Source: Candidatus Electrothrix yaqonensis (GTDB taxonomy: Bacteria; Desulfobacterota; Desulfobulbia; Desulfobulbales; Desulfobulbaceae). From it: a stretch of 32,000 nucleotides of DNA. This document shows positions 17,016 to 24,812 of this stretch, one piece after another. Each line of letters starts with the position of its first letter. The first letter of the stretch is position 1. A program made the translations under genes and the position numbers. Location of the stretch: contig CP178758.1 in NCBI GenBank assembly GCA_047651235.1, forward strand, positions 1,920,001 through 1,952,000. Reading direction: 5' to 3'. The notes beneath the pieces are model-generated. The model did not search any database. It saw nothing but the letters and a program-made list of their open reading frames with translations, and was not told where the DNA came from.

Positions 17016-17103
17016 ACTGAATACAGGATCAGCTATCTGAAAGGCGTGAAGGCAAAATTTATGCCTCTTGTGGGCATATTCAAATTATGTTGCTCCAGCT
17101 ATA
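16997..17103. mobile_element. 107-bp MITE-like mini-element made of an IS630 left-end copy plus the right end
   Basis: 16997-17024 (TATAGCTGGAGCAGTATAAACTGAATAC) matches the left IR at 16294 at 23/28 in direct orientation, and matches the reverse complement of 17076-17103 at 23/28. The outer 13 bp form a perfect inverted pair (16997-17009 / 17091-17103). TA at both ends. Confidence 0.55.
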
Positions 17104-17167
17104 GCACCTGATAACAGCTATCAAAAAAATACCCGTCAATCGCCCTGATTATAACTTTATTCTTTTT

Positions 17168-18156
17168 ATGAACGCTCCCAGCCCCGAAAAAAGAAGTCCC
17201 CATGACAAATTCTTTGAGTTGACCGGCATCGCCCGGCAACTTACGTCTTTTCACGAAAGATATCATCATTTTTTTAAGAGACATACGGTAAGTTTGTCAG
17301 ATAAAGCATTCCAGTACTTGAAAGGTTTATTCCAGGCTGACAAAAAAACATGGAACGTATGGAGGAAAAGGTTCCGGGCGTTAAATATGAGCCCCTCCAG
17401 TATTTTCTTTCCGACTCGAACTGGGATTGGCGTCCTGTAAACAACCAAGTAGCTAAAGATGCAGATAAACTTTTAGGAGGGAGGAAAAACAGTGCTCTTT
17501 TAATTGATGAATCCGGGATACCCAAAAAGGGTAAAATGTCTGTTGGGGTTTCTCGTCAATGGTGCGGGCAGCTTGGTAAAACCGACAACTGTCAAGTAGT
17601 TCTACTTTGGCGATCATAAACATAACTAGCTTATTTTTATTAAGTATTTAAAAACCCCTGTTTTTAGCATTATTAATATTATTAAATAGTTAATGGTATG
17701 GTCACCAAAGTAGAATTAGTTGTCAGACGTGAGGTTAAGTCCCCGAAAAAAATTAAATATAGCCTAAGTAATGCGGAAAGTAACACGTCAACAAGACGAC
17801 TTGCATATATGCAAGCTCAACGATATTGGGTTGAACGGCCATTTCAGGATGCAAAAAATGAATGTGGAATGGGTGATTATCAGGCTCGGGGATGGCTGGC
17901 TTGGCATCATCATATGACTATGGTCATGATGGCCATGTTGTTTATGGTCGAGCAACGATTATACCATCAAGTCGGTGTCCCGTTATTGAGTTGCGCTGAT
18001 ATAACAACATTACTCAAGTCAATTCTTCCACGTCGAGATGTAAACGAAGATGAAGTTATAAGACAGCTTTGTCAACGGCATGAAAAGAGGCAAGCTTCGA
18101 TTGATTTCGCATATGAGAAACAACGGAATTGCAAATTATTACCACAGCCTTTGTGA
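17168..18156 (+). pseudogene. IS701-family DDE transposase in three fragments (A7-run frameshift near 17345; central catalytic region replaced at 17600-17715)
   Basis: Fragment 1: FHERYHHFF...AFQYLKGLFQADKK. Fragment 2: LQYFLSDSNWDW...LLIDESGIPKKGKMSVGVSRQWCGQLGKTDNCQV. Fragment 3: KIKYSLSNA...RYWVERPFQDAKNECGMGDYQARGWLAWHHHMTMVMMAMLF. All match the IS701 family pattern recalled from memory. About 150 aa between NCQV and YSLSN are missing. Confidence 0.8.
17593..17722. repeat. imperfect 23-bp inverted repeat flanking an AT-rich ~85-bp core inside the IS701 transposase gene (MITE-like insert)
   Basis: CAAGTAGTTCTACTTTGGCGATC (17593-17615) matches the reverse complement of 17700-17722 (CAACTAATTCTACTTTGGTGACC) at 19/23. 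The 11-bp perfect core is TTCTACTTTGG. Confidence 0.6.
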
Positions 18157-18205
18157 GTGCCAAAGTAGAAGTAAGCCCCGGCTCAACTTCAAAAGATTTA
18201 CCGCA

Positions 18206-21073
18206 CTACATACGGGGACGCCGGCTGTCGGAGCTGCCTGCTTCGTCGGACAGACCTGACTCTAGTTTGAAGTACTGGATATTTTGTCCGTTATTTCTCT
18301 GTATGGTATTCTGTTCCGTCAGTACGGCAAAAGAAGCCTCGTAGGGAAAACCGATGACTGCTCCACCAGTTCTGTAGTTTTCCTGACTCTCGGTGGCGTT
18401 TCCGGTGATTCTGTTTACCTGCAGATCGATCTCGCTTTTATTCAGTGACGCAATAAAGATGCCGCTCTGCTGGTTTTCATGGATATTATTTCGGGTGATC
18501 TGGATAGCACCTTGTTCTGCATAGACTGCTTCAGCTGCTCCGGGATTGATTGCGATGCCGATAGTATTGCCGGAAATATCGTTTTCTTCAATTTGCGGAT
18601 ACGCTTCCTCCCTGATACCGATCCCGACATAATTATTGTATATTGTATTATTTGTCAGTCTCGGCTTGGCAAGGCCGCGCACGCCGATGCCTGTTACCTT
18701 ATTATTGTATATTTTATTCTTGTACACATGTCCGTAAGTGCCCAGGCCATGACTTACCCCGATCATATTATCAGCGATGACATTCTCATGAATCCTAGTT
18801 TTTTCGGTAAATCGTTTGTGTCCGTGGATGCCTATGCCCACATGTTTATTGCTGCGGATTCGGTTATTGAAAATTTCAGGGCTTGAATTCAGTATCTGGA
18901 TACCGTGGCCGTATATCCCGGCTCCGCCGCCGGTAACCACAAATCCCTGCATTTTTCCGGAGGCCGTATTGTCAAGATAACAGATGAACACGGTCGCATC
19001 ATTGTTCTCTTCTCCTCCGCCGTCAATAACCGGCCAGTCCTGTCCGATCAGATCGACTGCTTTGTCGATGATAATCTTTTCTTTATACGTGCCTCCCCTG
19101 ACAAGAATCGTGTCCCTCGGCTCTGCCGCATCAAGGGCGCTCTGGATAGTCGGATATTCATCAGGTACGATCCGCTGTCCCGGTATCCGGCTTTGTCTGG
19201 AGCAGATATGGAGTGTATGCGGTTCACTCTGCTTCCTGCCGTTGTCCACTGTCAGCCGGACGGAATAGCAGCCCGGTGTATCCGGGATAAAGAAGGGCCG
19301 GGCAGTGCCGGGATCAGCAAGGGCAGCTTGGCTGCCCTCCGGTCTGCGGATGAGCTGCCAAGCAAAGGTCAGTTCATTGCCGTTCTGTTTCTTTTTATCA
19401 TACGCTGACAGTTTGACCGTCTCGCCCAGATTGACAGGCCCCATCGGCTTGCTGATTTTTGCGGTCGGCGGCCTGTCCTCTTCGACCACCACTGTCATTG
19501 GTTGAGAGAAATCCTGCATGCCCCAGCGGTCAACAACAGCGAGCCGGACCAGATATATTCCTTTTTTATCGCCACGCAGGGTGCATTGTTCTTTATTCTC
19601 CCCGGACAGGGTTGCTCTGCTGCCTGCAGGTTTGGTCAGCAGGCTCCAATGGTACGAAATTTCATCTCCATTCGGATCAGAACTCGGCTTCCCGCTGAGG
19701 TCAATTTTATCACCGACATACAACGCTTTGTCGTCCTGCAAGGTGATTTTTGCTTCCGGCGCAAAATTCGGCTGTCTTGGTTCAGTGATTGTGAACGGCC
19801 CGCCGAACGCCCCTATATCATTGGTCGTTGCTCCGAGAGAGGGACCGAAATTTCTGTCATGAAACTGAACATCCGGATCACCGGCGTCAATGGCAGGAGA
19901 TCCCGGCCGCAGGTGATAGTCGTGTTCAGCCGGGTTGACAAAGAGCGGATCAGCCAGGATATTTTTGTCTTTTTCTAGGCTGAGCGCATCACCGTATCCG
20001 CCGAACTGCAGCCGGATATACCAGAGAAAGTCGGGATGAAAAGCAACAGTCTGATTATTTTCAAAGAGCAGGTTATACGAATACCCTGTTCCGGTGGACA
20101 GAATACCTGCCCGACCGTTCCGGGCGATAATATTGTTTTGGATAACAGGTGAGTCGATAAGGGGAGCCTGTGTCACTATCGCGGCATCCGTGGAGTCCCC
20201 TGCTGCTTCCCGGACAGATATTCCGGCCATTTTATTGGCTGTTATTGTATTATTGGCAATCAGCATCGGGATTGCGCCGCAACGGATACCGGCCTTGCCG
20301 TTTTCATAGACAACATTGTTCCGGACTTCCCCGGTTGCCCAGGAGACGTTGATGCCTGCCCATTGGTTGTTATGAAAGAAATTATTGGATATGTCCGCCT
20401 TGGAAAGTTCCCCGCCTCCGGCATTGACTCCGGCAGTCTGATTGTAGCTGATCCAGTTTCCTTTGATAATAACAGAACTGTTTTTTTCAAAAAAGATTCC
20501 TGCCTGACCGTTGGCCGCAATCGTATTGCTCAGAACAGTCAGATTGCAGGTTCTGGAGTAGATTCCGGCTGCGTTATTTCCTGTAATAAAACTATTCTTG
20601 ACGGTGAACGTAATGGAATCGCAATATATTCCCGGACCGATGGCCGCATTGGGAGCGATCATCGGCGCTTTTCCGCCGGTAATGGCGAAACCGTCAATGA
20701 CCGCATTATCCGCAGCACGAACAGCAAATCCCCCCATGCCGCTTCCGCTTATCAGGCTGACATACTGCACCGTGTCCCGTTCGGTGAAACTGCGGTTCCA
20801 GCCGCCCTCCAGAGTAATTCCCGGACGCATGCCTACCCGTTCCTGATATTCCCCTGTAGCGACCCGGATGGTATCCTTTTCTTTTGCTGCTGCAATAGCT
20901 GCATTGATTGACGGATAATCGTCAGGTACCCGAATGATTCCTGCACCTGCATCAGCAGGGAAGGTACACAAAGCGGAAAAAGCAAGAAAGAAGAAGAGAA
21001 TGAAGAGTATAACATGAACAGGAAAAAGAGAAAAAAAATACCGGTCAGCATAAGTACTCATCGGAACGGTCAT
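18206..21073 (-). CDS. secreted protein: signal peptide, right-handed beta-helix module, two PKD/Ig-like domains, second beta-helix module
   Basis: Start placed at ATG 21073-21071 (M60 of the tracked ORF; M64 also possible) so that the hydrophobic leader FFSLFPVHVILFILFFFLAFSALCTFPADA is N-terminal. Module entries IIRVPDDYPSINAAIAAAKEKDTIRV and RIVPDEYPTIQSALDAAEPRDTILV. Many NN(x)I(x)xN(x)xxGI rungs. PKD-like segments DLSGKPSSDPNGDEISYHW and ELTFAWQLIRRPEGS. Confidence 0.85.
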   Translation of the reverse strand: MTVPMSTYADRYFFSLFPVHVILFILFFFLAFSALCTFPADAGAGIIRVPDDYPSINAAIAAAKEKDTIRVATGEYQERVGMRPGITLEGGWNRSFTERDTVQYVSLISGSGMGGFAVRAADNAVIDGFAITGGKAPMIAPNAAIGPGIYCDSITFTVKNSFITGNNAAGIYSRTCNLTVLSNTIAANGQAGIFFEKNSSVIIKGNWISYNQTAGVNAGGGELSKADISNNFFHNNQWAGINVSWATGEVRNNVVYENGKAGIRCGAIPMLIANNTITANKMAGISVREAAGDSTDAAIVTQAPLIDSPVIQNNIIARNGRAGILSTGTGYSYNLLFENNQTVAFHPDFLWYIRLQFGGYGDALSLEKDKNILADPLFVNPAEHDYHLRPGSPAIDAGDPDVQFHDRNFGPSLGATTNDIGAFGGPFTITEPRQPNFAPEAKITLQDDKALYVGDKIDLSGKPSSDPNGDEISYHWSLLTKPAGSRATLSGENKEQCTLRGDKKGIYLVRLAVVDRWGMQDFSQPMTVVVEEDRPPTAKISKPMGPVNLGETVKLSAYDKKKQNGNELTFAWQLIRRPEGSQAALADPGTARPFFIPDTPGCYSVRLTVDNGRKQSEPHTLHICSRQSRIPGQRIVPDEYPTIQSALDAAEPRDTILVRGGTYKEKIIIDKAVDLIGQDWPVIDGGGEENNDATVFICYLDNTASGKMQGFVVTGGGAGIYGHGIQILNSSPEIFNNRIRSNKHVGIGIHGHKRFTEKTRIHENVIADNMIGVSHGLGTYGHVYKNKIYNNKVTGIGVRGLAKPRLTNNTIYNNYVGIGIREEAYPQIEENDISGNTIGIAINPGAAEAVYAEQGAIQITRNNIHENQQSGIFIASLNKSEIDLQVNRITGNATESQENYRTGGAVIGFPYEASFAVLTEQNTIQRNNGQNIQYFKLESGLSDEAGSSDSRRPRM

Positions 21074-21337
21074 CCTGCTGTATTTGTTTTGTATTTTTTT
21101 TGGTATAGGGCCAAGGGGGCCAGTCGGGCCGGTCTTCTTTGCAGGCAGAAGCCTGCCGGTACAGCGAAATTCTGCTGCGGGATCTGATATTCGCCGGAGT
21201 CCGCGACCCTGAAAGGATACTCCGGCGAAAGAAAAAACAGGACACCTCAACAGGAGGGAATGGTCTCTGTCCGCGTCTGCTTTTCAGGGCATCATCAGAA
21301 AGAAAGCCGACTGAAGTGCATGGCAGCGGAACAGAAG

Positions 21338-21772
21338 TTAAAATGCCGTTGAGAACAGATCAAGACGCCAGTTTGCGTCATCCGCAGTTTCTCCGTACAC
21401 CCGGCGCGGAATGATCCTTGACGGCCGGACAGCTAGCAGGTGATCGTCCGGATTGAAATGCACGAGTCCTTTGGGCTGGCCGTTATTCAGGTAGCCGTAA
21501 CCGTAATACGGTCCGTAGTCAAACAGGCCGTACAGCAGGCCGCCCAGCGCGCCCACACCCATGCCTTTGACCATATATTCAGAAAATATTTCATCATCAT
21601 CGTCTCCGCTCAACAGGCCGATGGACAGTCCGGCAATACCGCCCACGGCTGTCCCCCACAGGCTGTCAACAACGATAACATCAAGGGTGTTTGCCCGGCT
21701 TTGTGTGGTTCCGCTGAAAATCAGGGCTGCAGACAGCAGGGCGATAGCCGCAGTTTTTGTCAACCAGTTCAT
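21338..21772 (-). CDS. small secreted glycine-zipper protein (hypothetical, possibly outer-membrane associated)
   Basis: 144 aa. GAGGAGG SD 5 nt upstream. Signal peptide AAIALLSAALIFSGTTQSRA. Glycine-zipper stretches GTAVGGIAGLSIGLLSG and GMGVGALGGLLYG. C-terminal ...RLDLFSTAF ends in an aromatic residue. Confidence 0.6.
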   Translation of the reverse strand: MNWLTKTAAIALLSAALIFSGTTQSRANTLDVIVVDSLWGTAVGGIAGLSIGLLSGDDDDEIFSEYMVKGMGVGALGGLLYGLFDYGPYYGYGYLNNGQPKGLVHFNPDDHLLAVRPSRIIPRRVYGETADDANWRLDLFSTAF

Positions 21773-22081
21773 TCAAACCTCCTCTTTTGTACAGAATTGT
21801 TCTTTATGTTCAGGAGAAGATACCCGAAAAAAGTATCCGGCTGCTCTGTTCCGGGCAACAGGCAGTTATGCCGTACGCAGGGTCAACGTAACGCCTTATG
21901 CCTTATAATGCCGCCGTTGCAGGACAGGCCGGGATAAACGGGAAATTTCCTCATTCCCTCTTTCCAAAATAAAACAAATTGCCGCAAAATGATACTTTTT
22001 TATGGTGAAAAAGTATGACCGGACAATTTTTTGTACCCGATGCGGTCAGGAGGGAGGACTGCAGCCTCAGCAGGGGACGCT

Positions 22082-22636
22082 TTAACGCTCCGGTAATCTT
22101 TTCTTTTCCTGCTTCCCGGAGCTGGTCAGTCCCTGCTGAACAGCGGGATACACCTGCCGTACCCGTTTCTCCTGCCTCATCCGTGCCAGATAACCGAGCA
22201 GGCCGCTGCCCCCGGCGGTCAGCAGCAGAGACCCGAAGGTGAACAGCTGGGTGTAGAGCATCACGCCGCCCAAGAGCAGAAGCGCTATAACAGTGGTTCC
22301 TGCTCTGAGGTTGGCTGCGGCATAGGCCCGTTTGGTTTCCTTGAGCAGCTCTTTATGCTTCTGATCGGCAAACTTGCTTTTCTGCCGCTCCGCGTTGACC
22401 CGAAGTTTTTCCCGTTCTTTGGCATGGGCCTCTTTGAGGGCTTCTGTTTCCGCAGCTGCCTGCTGCCGGGCAAGAGCGGAAAACCAGAAAGCCATCAGAA
22501 GAATAAAAATAAGATCCAAGAAGACCAAGCTCAACAGAAGGCTGTTGTCCAAGGTAATCTTGCCGTTAAGCAGAGCATAACAGAGCCCGCCGGTTCCTGC
22601 CTGCAGGAGAATAATGCCGGGAAGAAACTTTGTCAT
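22082..22636 (-). CDS. hypothetical membrane protein with a central charged coiled-coil-like segment
   Basis: 184 aa. Two N-terminal and two C-terminal hydrophobic helices flank QQAAAETEALKEAHAKEREKLRVNAERQKSKFADQKHKELLKETKR. Its start overlaps the upstream VWA stop (ATGA, 22633-22636). Confidence 0.6.
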   Translation of the reverse strand: MTKFLPGIILLQAGTGGLCYALLNGKITLDNSLLLSLVFLDLIFILLMAFWFSALARQQAAAETEALKEAHAKEREKLRVNAERQKSKFADQKHKELLKETKRAYAAANLRAGTTVIALLLLGGVMLYTQLFTFGSLLLTAGGSGLLGYLARMRQEKRVRQVYPAVQQGLTSSGKQEKKRLPER

Positions 22637-24450
22637 CTTATTTTATTTGGGGCCGGTTCTTCAGGCTGTTCAGATTGTTCATTGTCTGCCAGCAGTTCAG
22701 CTGTTTCAACGAGGCGAATGAATTCAGCCCGGTAGCCTTCCTCGTCCTGTCCTTTTCCAGCTTTGGCCAGGGAGAGTATCTGCCGCCAGTTTACTCCATC
22801 AGCATGTTCGGAATCACTGAGCAGCATCCCGAAAGCGGCAACAGAGGCGGCAAAACGAAAATCCTTGCTGGTGCTGTCCAAGGCGGCATCAGTATCCTTG
22901 ACCACCGTGCTGAGCAGAACCGATTCCGTGGCCTGCAGCGGCTTGTAGCGCAGTTTGACGGTCATCAGCTCGCCCGCATAGTTTTTATCGTTACTGTCGC
23001 TATTGTCAATGTTATCCGGGGCACTGTTCTCCGGTGTGTTCTCCGCCTTTTTATTTTTTTGATATTTCAGCGGATCCACGGAAGGCAGGTCGGCCGCTCC
23101 GGCAGGAATCAGTTCATACAGGGCTGTGACTGTATGACCGACGCCGATTTCTCCGGCATCCTTTTTGTCGTCGTTAAAATCCTCATCTGCCAGGGCCCGG
23201 TTCTCATAGCCGATAAGACGGTAGGCGCCGACCTCTGCCGGATTGAATTCTACCTGGATTTTGACATCACCGGCCAGAGCAAACAGGGTGCCGCTCATCT
23301 CTTTGACCATGACCTTCTTGGCTTCCAGCAGGTTGTCGATATAGGCGTAATTACCGTTGCCTTTGTCGGCAAGGACCTCCATCGTATCATCATGATAGTT
23401 ACCCATACCGAAGCCGAGTACGGTCAGGTACACGCCTGATTTCCGTTTTTCTTCAATCAGCTTCTGCAGCTCGCCACGGCTGGTGATGCCCACATTGAAA
23501 TCTCCGTCCGAGGCAAGGATAATCCGGTTGTTGCCGCCCGGCATCAGCACCTGTTCCGCCAGACTGTAGGCCGTGATGATACCGCTGGAAGCATGGGTTG
23601 AGCCTCCGGCGCCAAGGGCATCAATAGCCCCGATAATTTTGCGCTGCTCGGAACCGGCCGTCGGTTCAAGCAATACGCTGTCCTGACCGGCATAGACGAC
23701 CATAGCGATTCGGTCCTTTTCACCCAACTGCCTGACCAGCATTTTCATGGCCTGCTGCAGCAGCGGCAGTTTGTTTGGTGCGTTCATGGACCCAGAAACA
23801 TCAATCAGAAAAACCAGATTGGACGGCGGCAGATCTTTTTTGTCGATATCCTTTGCCTTCAGGCCGATACGGACCAGTTTGCGGCTGTCCTTCCAGGGGC
23901 AGGGGCCGACCTCGGCAGTCACGGAAAACGGATGCTCGCCCTCCGGCTGCGGGTAATCATAGGAGAAATAGTTAATCAGCTCTTCGATGCGTACAGCTCC
24001 CTTGGGCGGCAGTTGCCCTTCATTGATAAACCGGCGGACATTACTGTAGGAGGCCGTATCCACGTCAATGGAAAAGGTGGACAGCGGATCGTTATCCGTG
24101 CGGATAAAGCCGTTTTCCGTCACCGCATTATACGATTCTCTGTTCCATTCAGCAGGGGAAGGAGGCGGAGCCATTACTGGCATACGCATCACGGACTTGG
24201 CCGGAGCAACCATCTCCTCAATCATCACTCCTACCCTAGTATCCATGCGGACTTCATCGGCCATTTCCAGTGATTCTGCTCCTCTCTGCTTATACTCGGA
24301 GGTATTCTTCATCGGCTCAGCGGCAACTGTTTCCTGTTTGGTTGTCTCTGTTTCCGGCATCTCCTCTTTCCGGCGTGAGTCAGAGCACGCAGTCAGGGTG
24401 AAAATAAAGAAAAAAAGAAGGACAGAGCAGGCAGTTTGCTTTGTGTTCAT
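22633..24450 (-). CDS. von Willebrand factor type A (VWA) domain lipoprotein, YfbK-like
   Basis: 605 aa. AGGAGA SD. Lipobox FTLTAC. N-terminal PLSTFSIDVDTASYSNVRRFI...RIEELINYF region. MIDAS motif in LVFLIDVSGSM. The C-terminal region resembles the DUF3520-type extension of YfbK homologues. Confidence 0.85.
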   Translation of the reverse strand: MNTKQTACSVLLFFFIFTLTACSDSRRKEEMPETETTKQETVAAEPMKNTSEYKQRGAESLEMADEVRMDTRVGVMIEEMVAPAKSVMRMPVMAPPPSPAEWNRESYNAVTENGFIRTDNDPLSTFSIDVDTASYSNVRRFINEGQLPPKGAVRIEELINYFSYDYPQPEGEHPFSVTAEVGPCPWKDSRKLVRIGLKAKDIDKKDLPPSNLVFLIDVSGSMNAPNKLPLLQQAMKMLVRQLGEKDRIAMVVYAGQDSVLLEPTAGSEQRKIIGAIDALGAGGSTHASSGIITAYSLAEQVLMPGGNNRIILASDGDFNVGITSRGELQKLIEEKRKSGVYLTVLGFGMGNYHDDTMEVLADKGNGNYAYIDNLLEAKKVMVKEMSGTLFALAGDVKIQVEFNPAEVGAYRLIGYENRALADEDFNDDKKDAGEIGVGHTVTALYELIPAGAADLPSVDPLKYQKNKKAENTPENSAPDNIDNSDSNDKNYAGELMTVKLRYKPLQATESVLLSTVVKDTDAALDSTSKDFRFAASVAAFGMLLSDSEHADGVNWRQILSLAKAGKGQDEEGYRAEFIRLVETAELLADNEQSEQPEEPAPNKIR

Positions 24451-24628
24451 GTTGTCTCCTGTATATGGGTGGAGGTCTCTGGATACGGTGGTATACAGTT
24501 TAAATTACCGGTTAAGTTGATAGTAAAGTGGGGCTAAAAAGGGAGCGTTCAGGGCTTCTGCAGAGTGCTCATGACATATGACACCTTGGGCTGAGAAGAT
24601 GATAAACAGACATAGTGCTCAGTCATAG

Positions 24629-24704
24629 CTAAATTTTAGGGTTGCTATCTCCAAATAAGATATGAATATTAAACGAGTGCGACATGTTCAACCCTAAATT
24701 TTAG
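24629..24704. repeat. 76-bp unit with 16-bp terminal inverted repeats (15/16) in an intergenic region
   Basis: CTAAATTTTAGGGTTG (24629-24644) pairs with CAACCCTAAATTTTAG (24689-24704) across a 44-nt spacer. Lies between the VWA start (24450, -) and the hybrid kinase start (24813, +). Confidence 0.5.
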
Positions 24705-24812
24705 GCTTTACAAAGCAATAGGAGCCGAACAGGAATTTGACATACAGATTTTTTTTGAGGAATATTCTATTAGAATTGAAGCATTTCGTCAACCTGATCC
24801 GATATCGCCAAA

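Larger units (their letters stand above)
16294..17103 (+). mobile_element. IS630-family (Tc1/mariner-like) element remnant, 810 bp, with ~28-bp terminal inverted repeats and TA at both junctions
   Basis: Left IR TATAGCTGAAGCAGAATAAAATGAGTAT (16294-16321) matches the reverse complement of 17076-17103 (TATAGCTGGAGCAACATAATTTGAATAT) at 22/28 positions by hand alignment. Encloses an IS630-type transposase gene. Confidence 0.7.
17168..18175 (+). mobile_element. IS701-family element remnant (left end not identified; right end near 18157-18175)
   Basis: Transposase fragments as listed in the next feature. The TTCTACTTTGG core motif recurs at the putative right end (CCAAAGTAGAA, 18160-18170). Markedly AT-rich compared with the flanks. 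Confidence 0.6.

Noticed and set aside
21074-21250. 59-codon N-terminal extension of the beta-helix/PKD ORF
   Set aside because: The extension (MRCPVFSFAGVSFQGRGLRR...) would bury the obvious signal peptide, which begins right after M60/M64. It also contains a 9-bp-stem hairpin (21192-21200 / 21219-21227), more consistent with non-coding leader.
21941-21950. Perfect 10-bp palindrome GGAAATTTCC in an intergenic region
   Set aside because: Palindromes of this length are expected many times by chance in 32 kb (about 32000/4^5). No second copy or supporting context.
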